This document shows positions 53,596-64,000 of a DNA stretch of 64,000 bases, piece after piece. The translations under genes were made by a program, and so were the position numbers. Under the pieces are notes generated by a model. That model searched no databases. It was not told the origin of the DNA and worked only from the letters and a program-made list of their open reading frames with translations. The stretch is from NCBI GenBank assembly GCA_000004695.1, contig CM000151.3, positions 544,001-608,000 on the forward strand, given 5' to 3'. Positions within the stretch are counted from its first letter, which is position 1. Each line of letters begins with the position of its first letter. The DNA comes from Dictyostelium discoideum (Eukaryota).

Positions 53596-54494
53596 TATTA
53601 TTATTATTATGAATATTTAAAAGGGTGTGATTATTACCATTATTATTTGTTTGATTGTGGGCTCTATTTGAATTCATTTGGGCGATATTGAATTCACTAT
53701 CGGTAGCTCGTTTATATATTCTATTTTCGATTGGTATGAATGCTTTATTACAATTACGACAGTAGTAACGTTTTTTATCATGTTTCCAACTGGCAACTCT
53801 ATTACAATATGCACAATTTGGTAATTCATTTACTACATTTGATGTTTGGGAATTTGGTGACGTTGGTGTTGGAGATGTTGGTGTTGAATTATCACTATTA
53901 CTATTATTATCATTATCACTATGATTACTATTATTAACAATATTATTATTGTTATTATTAATATTGTTACTATTACTATTATGGTTTATTTTATTATTTT
54001 TATTATTATTTACAAGGTTATTAAAACCAGAAGAAGCTAATTTAATTTCACCATTTTTATTTAAAGTACTTCTGGTAATTATTGACTCTAAGACAATTTT
54101 TGCATCTTTCATTGAGATATTGGATGGTAATGTACCTCCTAATCTTCTAATTTCGGAACAAATTTCTGGAAATGTTAATTTACAAATATCTTCAACTTTA
54201 AAGTTGGAAATTTCAGGAACTGATTGATTATTATTTTTATTATTAATTGGATTTGGATTTGGATTTGGGTTTGGATTTGGTGTATTATTACTACTGTTAT
54301 TATTGTTATTATTAATGGTATTTATATTTTGATTATTTGAAAAATCATTATTAATTGTATTGTTAAAATTATTATTATTATTATTATTATTATTGTTATT
54401 AGTATTATTATTATTATTATTATTTTGGTGATTATTTTTATTAATATTTTGGTTGTAATTGGCATTCATATTTTTGAAATTACTATTAATAATT

Positions 54495-54529
<35 letters not shown>

Positions 54530-54957
54530 TAAATTATTTATTGAAATCGATTGTTGATTGTATTGAGTTTTTGGTTGAATAATATTTTGAATTTGTGGTT
54601 GATTAGATTTGGAGTGTAGTGGTGGTGAAAATTGTGAATTGTTTACAAGTTGAGGTGAACTTAATGGTTGAAGTGATTGTGGAAGAGGTAGAGGTGGTGG
54701 TGAATGTTGTTTATGATAATAAACATTCTGATAATGATATAATGGAGGACTATATGAATGTTGTAATTGATGTTGTTGTTGAATTTCTGGTGATTGAGGA
54801 ATTTGTTGTAAATTATTATTATTATTATCAATTTCATCAATATGGTGGTTATTATGATGATAATTATGATGATGATGATGATGTTGTTGATTATGATTAT
54901 GATGATGATGATTATGATGATATTGATGATGGTTATATGTATAAATTGGATGTTGAT

Positions 54958-54989
<32 letters not shown>

Positions 54990-55171
54990 CTATTAATGTT
55001 AATTTGATTACGAAGGTCGTTAGATTTATTCAAATTTTTATTATTGTTAAAAACCCAATTTGAATTATCGTCGTCATCGCCAATATCATTATTATCATTT
55101 AATAAAAAATCAATTCTTTGTTTTTTAAATGATCTATTATAACTATTAATATCACTTAAAAGCTCCTCCAT
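53228..55171 (-). CDS. H/N/Q-rich nuclear-type protein (647 aa) with two C-x2-C-x14-C-x2-C zinc-ribbon motifs sharing an unusual 'SWKHDK' core. Putative DNA/RNA-binding zinc-finger protein.
   Basis: Motif 1 is 'CAYCNRVASWKHDKKRYYCRNCNKAF'. Motif 2 is 'CTRCGLAPAWKHDKFRWWCKTCSRAY', at the extreme C-terminus. A central non-repetitive block reads 'ISNFKVEDICKLTFPEICSEIRRLGGTLPSNISMKDAKIVLESI'. The rest is poly-N, poly-H ('HHQYHHNHHHHNHNQQHHHHHHNYHH') and (NP)n. Confidence 0.6.
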
Positions 55172-55899
55172 TTTTTTTTTTTTTATTTATTTTATTTATT
55201 TGCAAAAAAATTTATTTATTTTATTTATTTTTATTTTATTTATTTATATTTTTTTTTTTTTTTTGTATTTAAATTTTATTTTTATTATTTTTATTAATCG
55301 TTTTTGATTGAGTTTAAAAATAAAACAAAATAAAAATAAAACAGAGATTGATTTATAAAAAAGGAAATTTTTATTTTATTTTTTTTTTTTTTTTTTTTTT
55401 TTGTTTACAAAATCGATTTTTAAAAATAATTATAAAAGAAGAAAGTGGGGGAAGTAAAAAAAAAAAAAAAAAATAAAAAAAAATTTGTTTAATGATTTTG
55501 AAAAAATAAAAATTATACAAAAAGGAACGGATTATAGTGTAGTTTAATATTTGTATTGGAAGACAATAATTAAAAAAAAAATATAATAATTTAATTAAAA
55601 AAAAATGATAATAATAATAATAATGATAATAACCACACAAACACAAAATTGCTCTACAATTTATTTTATATATCTGTATATTATTTTTATAAATTAATAT
55701 CTATATATAAATTTATATTATTTGTTCTATTTATTGCTATTAAATATTTATTTTAAATTTTATTTTTATTTTTAACTTTTATTTATTTATTTTTTTTTTT
55801 TTTTTTTTTTTTAATTTATAAATAAAATTTTTTTGGATAGCAAATTGTTTAAAAAAAAAATATATAAAAAAATATAAAAATAATAGTATGGCAACTATT

Positions 55900-56191
55900 A
55901 ATTTAATAAATGGTGGTGGTGGATGGTGGTAGTGTGAGTTGAAAAGGGGGGGGTGTGTGAATGTCAATAATGGAAAAAGAAATGTGATTCCAAAATTTTG
56001 TTGTTTTTATGTTGTTATTGTTGCTGTTTTGAAATGAGAGTAAAAATTTACTTTTATATTAATAGTTTATTTTTATATCAAATATATTTGGTTGAGCAAT
56101 AAAAAAAAAATAAAATAAAATAAAAATAATTAAAATAAAATATTGAAGAGAAAGAATGAGGGGTATAGTCTAGTTTTTTAATAGCATCCAA

Positions 56192-56242
<51 letters not shown>

Positions 56243-56800
56243 AAAAAAAAATAAAATATTGTATGTGAGGGTGTTGGTTTGTGTCAATAAAAAAAAAATT
56301 TGTGGTTGACATCTCACACAACAACTACATGCTAACATAAAAATATGGCACCATTTAAAATAATAATATTAAAAAAAAAAAATAAAAAAATAATAAAAAT
56401 AAAATAAAATTTGGTAAGTGCAATAGAGTGGGCTTGGAAGAAGGTGTAATTTTTTTTTTTTTTTTTTTTGAGTGGTTTCGAAATTTGGGGTTGGTTGAGT
56501 GTTGGTTATATATTAAATGGGTGTGTTTTTATTTTTTTTTTCTTTTTTTTTTTTTTTTTTTTTGTTTTTTGGTAGATATATGCTCGTTCTAAATTTTTAT
56601 AGTAATTTTCAAATGTGTGGGTTGTAGAAGGTATTATTAACACAGTTGGTATTATTAAAGATAAAAATAATTTTTATTTAACTCGACCACCCCACAATCT
56701 ACTACCATTGTGAATTGTTCTTTTCTATTATTATAAATTTTTTTTTATTAATGTGGGGTCTTAATTTTAAAATGCCTCCCCACTTTTTTTTTTTATCTCA
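55900..56800. promoter_or_regulatory. Second set of G/T-rich, C-poor islands in a roughly 2-kb intergenic region (GTGTG / GGTGG runs and 'atgtgagggtg')
   Basis: The sequences 'ggtggtggtggatggtggtagtgtgagttgaaaagggggggg', 'gtatgtgagggtgttggtttgtgtc' and 'gagtggtttcgaaatttggggttggttgagtgttgg' have the same flavour as 26711-27090. Confidence 0.25.
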
Positions 56801-57250
56801 ATTATATCTAATTTTAATTTCGATCACACCTCTCTGGGGTTAAAAAAAAAAAAAAATAGAAAAAAAAAAAAAAAAAAAAAAATCAATAAAAAAAAAAAAA
56901 AAAAAAAAAAAAATCAAAAACCAAAAATAAAAAAAAAAAAATAAAAACAAAAACACCCATTTTATGTAAAAAATTAATAAAATTGTAAAAATAGGATATT
57001 TATTCCCAAATTAATACACATTTTTTTTTTTTTAATATTTTATTTTTATTATTTAAAATTTTTTTTTTTTTTTTTTTTTTTAGATTTTGAACATTATTAA
57101 ATAATAATAATAATAATTATACTATTTTTTTTTTGTGCTTTTGAATTGGAGAAAAAAGAAAAAAAAAAAAAAAAAACCTATTAATAAAATATTCGAGATG
57201 TGATTTTTTTAAGAAAAAAAAAAAAACCAAAAATAAAAAATAAAGGAAAA

Positions 57251-58458
57251 TTAAAAATAACTAACTAATAATAAAAATTTTAATACATACAATACGAAAG
57301 TACCGGATTTAGCCTTCACTGATCCAGTTGAAGAAGATTTTTTCTTTGTTCCTTGGAAATCGGTATTGAAAAAGTTTTGTTGTTGATTTGGATTATTTGA
57401 ATTTGTTTGCTGTATAGTTGAAACTTGTGAATAATCAAATGAGACAAATTGTTGTTGTTGTTGTTGTGGTTGTTGTGGTTGTTGGGATGGTTGAATTGGT
57501 TGTTGTTGAGATGGTTGTTGTTGTAATGTTTGTTTAGATTGTTTTTTAGAAACAACGCCGCTAGTTGTTGTAGTTATAGTAGTTGATGATGATGATGATG
57601 ATGCTAATGATTGAGTTTGTTGTTGAATTTGTTGAGGTATTGATTGTATTTGAGATTTATTAGATTGAGTTGATGTATTTAATTGTGGCGATGGTTGTTG
57701 TGGTTGAGATAATGTTGATGTTGTTGTTGTTGTTGCTGTTGCTGATGATGCTGGTTGTTGTTGTAATTGTTGTGAAACTGGTTTAAAAGAATCAGCAGAT
57801 TGTTCATTATTAATCCAACCAATTTCTTTCAAGAATGAAAAAGTATCAGTGACAGAAGCATTTTCATCTTTTTTAGATTTTGGTGGATTATTAGTTGAAT
57901 CTAATAAAGATGATGGTGAAGTTGATAGTGAAGTAGTTGCAGAAATTGATGAATTTTCTTTTAACTTTTTCTTTTCTTTATTTCTTCTTCTATTCATATT
58001 TGATAATTGATAAATTTCTTGCATACTCTTTGGAACTTGATTATTATTTAAATTTGAACTACTTGTATTTGCAGTGGTGGTCGTGGTGGTTGTAGTTGTT
58101 GAATTAGAAGTTGATGTTGAATCATTTGAATGTTTAGAATCTTTTTCGTCATCACTTTCATCATCAATATCTTCATCCTCCTCATCATCTTCGTCATCAT
58201 CTTTATTATTATTATTATTGGTACTTTCATCATCGTCATCTTCTTCGTCATCATCATCATCGTCGTCGTCGTCATCACTTTCCTCATCACCATTTGAAGC
58301 CCCTGTTCCACCTCCTCCACCACCTGTATTACCTGATCTTCTTGAAGATTTTGAAGATTTTGAAGATTTATCATCATCATCATAATCCATTTCATCATTA
58401 TCATCATTTCCACTTACACCACCTGTAATTTCACTATCTTGATTATTATCACCATCGC

Positions 58459-58491
<33 letters not shown>

Positions 58492-61014
58492 CACTTTGTT
58501 GTTGTTGTTGATCAATTGATTTCAATTGTTGAGTTGGTTTAAAAACTGGAGCATAAGTTGATTGTTCAAAAGAAGAAGCAACCATTGAAGCTATTCTTTT
58601 GGATCTCTTTCTATCTGGATGATTTTCATCATCACCACTACTTGAAATATCGAATAAACTATTGGTAGAGATTGAAGTACTTGAGTGATTACTTTGATTT
58701 ACACTTGAAACACAAGTTGATTTCTTACCAATTGAAGTTAACGATTGAAAAGCTGGTTGTAAATTATTAACCATTGCAACATGAGTCGTTGCTGATTGTC
58801 CAAAATTACCATTACCCGTTGCATTATCAACATCACTTGATAACCATTTTGCTGTTTTATATAATTGATCTGTTGTTAAAACTGGACTATTTGAATTATG
58901 ATTTTTAATATTTGGTACTGGTGATAATGATCTTTCTGTTTTAATTGGTTGTTGTTGTTGTGGTTGTTGTAGTTGTTGTTGTTGTGGTGGTGGTGGTTGT
59001 ATAATTGGTTTTATAGTTGTTGCTTGTGGTACTGTTGCTGCTGTAACTTGTTGTTGTTGTTGAATTTGTTGTTGTTGAATTTGTTGTTGTTTTTGAGTAT
59101 AAAAAACATTTGATTGATTATTTAAAAGACTATGTAATTGTGGAATAAAAGATGGTTGTTTTGAAGGATCTTCAATTCTAGCTTTTAAAATCTCTTGAAT
59201 TAATTGATGAGAATGTTGTTTAATTGATGGTGGAATTGGTGAACAAAGAGTTAATAATTCTTGTACTGAAGTTGGTTGTCTTTCAACGATTGTTAACATC
59301 ATTTGATTTGGTAAGATATAACGAACACTTTCATCTTCATCACGTGCTAAACCTTCTCTCCAATGATAGAGTACTTTCAATACATTCAATTGAGTTGGAC
59401 TATATTGTAAATTCAATTTCTTTGCGAAATTAATATGGCTATTATCATCCAAAATATCCTTTTCATAACGAAGTAATGATAATTCTCTTGAACGTCTTAA
59501 AACTTCCAATAATAAATGATTATTTAATTGGGTGGTGGTACTGGTACTGGTGTTGGTACTGGTACCACTACTACCTAAATTTTTATTACCTTTTGAAATT
59601 AATTCATTACGTAAACGATCATAAATATATAATAAGTAATGAGTATCTTCACGAGCGTATTTAATCATTTCTTCAGGTAATTTTCTAATTCTCCAATCTG
59701 CTAATTGGTATTTTTTATTTGCATCGATTGCACAATAAAACTTTAAGAGGAAAGCTAGTGAAGCGGAAGGGTATTCAAGTATTCTTGAGGCTTGACCAGT
59801 GTCAAACATATTTACAATGTACACACCGAAATCCCTTTGCAACCATTTTATATCGCTATCACTACCATGTAAAACCTTGACAATCGATGGATTTGTGAAA
59901 ACCTGATTCAACATGTGAATGTGAGATCTTAATAGCAGGGTATCAATTAAGAAATCCTCTGAACGTGTTGAAATTTGCATTAAACATGTGAACCCTTGAT
60001 AAGTTCTATAACTATGATGCTCCAAATCGATGGCAATCTCTTGACAATGAATTAACTTTTCAACCAATTCCTCCAATTGTCTAACAGTTTCAACCCATGT
60101 AAATGGTGTCTCATCTAATCCTCTTGCTAAAATCTCTTTACATTGTTGAGTTTGTTGTTCTGTATATTTAAAATTATTAATTTCATATTCATATGGATGT
60201 GGAAATATTATACCCTCTTGTTCTTTACTTCTAATAATTTTACCAAATGAAATTTCTTTTGGTATTGATTTTTTAAATACTAAAAAAAAAAAAAAAAAAA
60301 AAAATTAATAAGAGGGAGAGGGGAGAGAGAGAGAAAAAAAAAAAAAATAAAATAAAAAATTAAAAACAAACATACCTTCATCTAATTCAACCATTGCATT
60401 TGGTTTTGATCTAATTTTTGGTAAAAATGGGAAATTATTATTATCAAATGGATCTTCAAATTTATGTTGTGGTCTAACTATATTATTACCATAAAACATA
60501 TTTATTTCATTTCCTGCTTTTTTACTATTTCCTGGTTGAATAGTTGATGATATAAAAATATTGGTTTGATTTTGATTATATTTTGGATCAATTGTTTTAT
60601 CCTATAAATATAAAATAAAATAAAAAATATATTAATACATTAATTTTTAAAAATAATAATAATAATAATAAAGGTACATACAACTTTATCAATCATTCCA
60701 TCAACGATATCAACAATACCACTAAAACGATCGGATAAATCATCTACATCATTTGTATCAGTTAATGATAAATCTGATTTTGGATTTTCAGATTGTACAA
60801 AATTTTGAGCTAAATTTAATAATCTCTTTCCTAATGAATTCATTTTTAATTTAAATTCTGGGAATGTTTCATAATATGAATAATCCTCTTCTGATGGTAA
60901 ATTATTTGATAATTTAGCTGCTTGAACTAAACCTCCAAATAATTGTTTTGAAAATTGTTCAACTCTATCATTTGTTGTACCATTTTCATTAAATGTATTA
61001 TTATTTGAAAACAT
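57251..61014 (-). CDS. rrp6: Exosome 3'-5' exoribonuclease Rrp6 / PM-Scl100 (DEDDy exonuclease plus HRDC) with a long Q/S/T/D-rich C-terminal extension. Three exons: 61014..60687, about 60604..60376, 60283..57251.
   Basis: Exo motifs 'IAIDLEHH' (I), 'VLHGSDSDIKWLQRDFG' (II) and 'YAREDTHYLLYIYDRL' (III, with the Tyr). The HRDC-like block reads 'LNVLKVLYHWREGLARDEDESVRYILPNQMMLTIV'. The 5' exons carry the PMC2NT-like N-terminus. Donors GTATGT at 60686 and at 60375 (gaag|GTATGT). The acceptor 'ttttttttag|TA' at 60284 restores the frame in phase 1 ('...MVELDE-V-FKKSIPKEISFGKII'). Confidence 0.8.
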
Positions 61015-61415
61015 TCTAAAATCTTTATTATTTATTATTTATTTATTATTATTTATTATTATTTTATTTTATTATTTTATTTTATTGTATTTATTTTATT
61101 TTTTTAATAATTCACCTGCTAAAATAATGAATTTAGATTCCAATTGGGGGTGGAGCTCTAAATGTGTGAATGTTACAACTGATGAGATGTAATGTTTTAA
61201 TAAAAAAAAAAAAAAAAAAAAAAAAACGAAAAAAAAAAAAAAAAAAAAAAAATTTTTTGCGGTTATAAAAATAAAAAAAATAAAAAAAAAAAAAAAATTT
61301 GAAAATTTAAAAAAAAAAATAAAAATAAAAATAAAAATAAAAATAAAAATAAAAAAAAAATAATAAAAAAAATTATTACATGTTATTTGTATGATTATAT
61401 GTTTAGAAAAGAAAT

Positions 61416-61452
<37 letters not shown>

Positions 61453-61713
61453 TAAAATTATTTGGTTATTAAAATTTTTGTTTTAAAAAAAAAATAAAAA
61501 ACGAAAATAAAAAATAAATTTATTATTTGTTTAAATAAATGGAAAAGAATATTTTTTTTTTTTTTTTTTTTAATTATTAACATTATTTGATTATTAAATT
61601 TTTTATTTAAAAAAAATTAATTTTATGGTGATCTTTGTTCATATTATTTTATTTTTTTTTTTTATAAAAATAATAATATATTTAATTTCCTACTTTTCTT
61701 GATTTTTTTTTTC

Positions 61714-61748
<35 letters not shown>

Positions 61749-61878
61749 TATTATTTTAATATATTGAATATGATTTACCACAGCCAATTTATAAATATGT
61801 TATTTTATTTTTTATTTTATTTTTTTATTTTTTATTAAAGATTTGATTATTGATTATTGATTATTGATTATTGATTAT

Positions 61879-63078
61879 TTATAATTTTTCTAAAACTAAA
61901 GCAGTACTACCACCACCACCATTACAAATAGCAGCAACACCATATTTAAGATTTTTATTTTGAAGTAAATGAGTAAGAGTAACAACAATACGACAACCTG
62001 ATGAACCAATTGGATGACCTAATGCAACGGCACCACCATTAACATTGAGTTTATTATGATCGATATCTAAGATCTTTGCATTTGCAAGACCAACAACAGC
62101 AAAGGCTTCATTGATTTCAAAGAGATCAACTTGTGACATATTGATACCTGCATTTTTAAGTGCCTTTGGAATGGCAAGAGCTGGTGCAGTTGGGAATTCG
62201 ATTGGTGCTTGTTCAGCATCGGCATAACCAATAATACGGGCTAATGGTTTGAGACCCAATTCCTTTGCATGACTTTCACTCATCAAAATGACTGAAGAAG
62301 CACCATCATTCAATTTTGAAGCGTTGGCAGGTGTGACTGTACCATTTGGGGTAAAAGCTGGTTTTAAGTTTGGAATTTTATCAAAGAGTACTTTCTTTGG
62401 CTCTTCATCCTCGACGACATAGGTGACTTTACCACCACGACCAACGATTGGAACTTGAACAATCTCGTCATTGAAGAAACCATTCTTTTGAGCTTCGAGG
62501 GCACGCAAATAACTATCTACAGCGAATTTATCTTGTTGTTCACGAGTGATCTTATATTTATCGGCACAATCATCTCCACAAACACCCATAGCACTTCCGT
62601 TGTATGCGTCGGCTAAACCATCTCTAACCAAACCATCGATGAATGTTTGGTTGCCATACTTTGCACCGAATCTCATTTTATCGGCATAGTATGGCACTTG
62701 TGACATTGATTCGAAACCACCTGCAACCACAGTTTTGCTGTGACCCAATGCGATTGATTGTGCGCCAAATACAATTGCTTTCATACCTGATGAACATACT
62801 TTATTGATGGTGGTTGTGATGGTTTTTTGTTCTAAACCAGCTCCCAATGCACATTGACGTGCTGGTGCTTGTCCTAAATTGGCTGAAATTACATTACCAA
62901 TGATTGCTTCATCAACATCTGATGGTTTAATACCTGCTCTCTTTACTGCTTCTTCAATTGTTATTGATGATAATTTTGTACCTGGTATTGTTGATAATGA
63001 ACCACCAATTGAACCAATTGGTGTTCTAACTGCTGAAACAATTACAACTGATTCAAGGTTTTTTGCTGTAGTATACAT
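61879..63078 (-). CDS. Acetyl-CoA C-acetyltransferase (acetoacetyl-CoA thiolase), main exon. A possible 36-nt 5' exon at 63385..63350 would encode a short presequence.
   Basis: Thiolase signatures: N-terminal 'VVIVSAVRTPIGS'; active-site Cys region 'NKVCSSGMKAI'; C-terminal 'NGGAVALGHPIGSSGCRIV' and 'AICNGGGGSTALVLE'. The candidate upstream exon reads 'MISNLSKVLNSN|GTAGGT', followed by an AT-rich intron of about 260 nt, then 'ag|GTAAAGAGA-ATG' in frame (V-K-R-M-Y-T-T). Confidence 0.85.
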   Translation of the reverse strand: MYTTAKNLESVVIVSAVRTPIGSIGGSLSTIPGTKLSSITIEEAVKRAGIKPSDVDEAIIGNVISANLGQAPARQCALGAGLEQKTITTTINKVCSSGMKAIVFGAQSIALGHSKTVVAGGFESMSQVPYYADKMRFGAKYGNQTFIDGLVRDGLADAYNGSAMGVCGDDCADKYKITREQQDKFAVDSYLRALEAQKNGFFNDEIVQVPIVGRGGKVTYVVEDEEPKKVLFDKIPNLKPAFTPNGTVTPANASKLNDGASSVILMSESHAKELGLKPLARIIGYADAEQAPIEFPTAPALAIPKALKNAGINMSQVDLFEINEAFAVVGLANAKILDIDHNKLNVNGGAVALGHPIGSSGCRIVVTLTHLLQNKNLKYGVAAICNGGGGSTALVLEKL

Positions 63079-63490
63079 TCTCTTTACCTAAAAAAATTCA
63101 ATTATTATTATTATTTTATTATTATTATTAATAAAAAAAAAATAAAAAAATGAAAAAAAAAAAATAAAAAAAGGAATGAAAAATTTTTAATTTTTTAAAA
63201 TTAAAAGAAATAATAATAATTAATTTAAAAAAAAAAAAAAATTATATTATTAGATAAAAGAATATTAAAATTGTCTTTTTTGAATTTATTTTTTTATTTT
63301 TTTATTAATTTTTTTTTTATTAATTTTTTTTTTTTTAACCGTTCATTATTTTTACCTACATTTGAGTTTAAAACTTTTGAAAGGTTTGAAATCATCTTTT
63401 TAAGTATATATTTTATATTTTGGTGTGTGTATGATTTTTAAACTCTTTAATAAAAAAAAAAAAAATTTTAAATTTTAAAACAAAAATTTT

Positions 63491-63536
<46 letters not shown>

Positions 63537-63766
63537 ATTTACGTAAATTTCAATTTTTTAATTTTTTTACGTTTGAAATAAAATTGATTTTTCCCGAATG
63601 AATTTATAAATCAAACAATTTTTTTTTTTTTTTTTTATATTTTTTAAAAAACTTTATTTGATTTTTTTTTTATTTTTATTTATCTATTTATTTATTTATT
63701 TTTATTTATGTATTAAATAATTAATTAAAAACTATTATAAAAATTATAAACTATTTAATTAAAAAC

Positions 63767-63797
<31 letters not shown>

Positions 63798-64000
63798 CAT
63801 ATTTTTCTGGAAAATTTGAAAAGGTGTATTAACATGACGCAATTTTTTATTTTTTTATTTTTTTTTTTTTTTTATTTATTTTTTTTTTTTTTTTTTTGTT
63901 TTTTTTTTTTTTTTTTCACTGATATTTGTGAATTTTATAAAATAGTGATCATAAATCAATTTAATGAGTTGTTAGAAAAATTGTAAATCAATTTTTAAAA

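Noticed and set aside
53462-53600. Long (ATT)n / (AAT)n tracts at 53462-53600, 54360-54540 and 22130-22260
   Set aside because: These are coding poly-Asn microsatellites inside the zinc-finger gene and dotA, typical of Dictyostelium, not independent elements.

Overview
This window reads as Dictyostelium discoideum nuclear DNA. It is extremely AT-rich, with long poly(A)/poly(T) intergenic tracts, short AT-rich GT..AG introns, and poly-N/poly-Q coding microsatellites. It is gene-dense (about 18 protein-coding genes). From 5' to 3' the genes are: the 3' part of a modular polyketide synthase (DH-CMeT-ER-KR-ACP-R); a 3-exon mitochondrial type-II NADH dehydrogenase; a small K/E-rich ORF; a 2-exon calcipressin (RCAN) gene whose intron is almost entirely an (AAT)n repeat; a many-exon LRR/IPT/EGF type-I membrane protein gene on the minus strand; the DOT1-type H3K79 methyltransferase gene (dotA-like); a 3-exon TKL-type protein kinase; an ARC5/DRP5-type dynamin-like gene; a Sac1 phosphoinositide phosphatase; an alpha/beta hydrolase; a Pus7/TruD pseudouridine synthase; three tandem same-strand paralogues of the LRR/IPT/EGF surface-protein family, with a possibly disrupted unrelated gene on the opposite strand between the second and third; an H/N-rich protein carrying two unusual C4 zinc-ribbon motifs; an Rrp6 exosome exonuclease; and an acetoacetyl-CoA thiolase. 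No tRNA, rRNA, transposon or CRISPR signal was found. The most interesting feature is the surface-protein cluster: the paralogues share a near-identical 3' block of about 1.3 kb behind strongly diverged N-terminal LRR ectodomains, which looks like concerted evolution or gene conversion plus diversification in a receptor family. The exon coordinates were derived by hand from GT..AG and reading-frame logic and are approximate to a few nucleotides.
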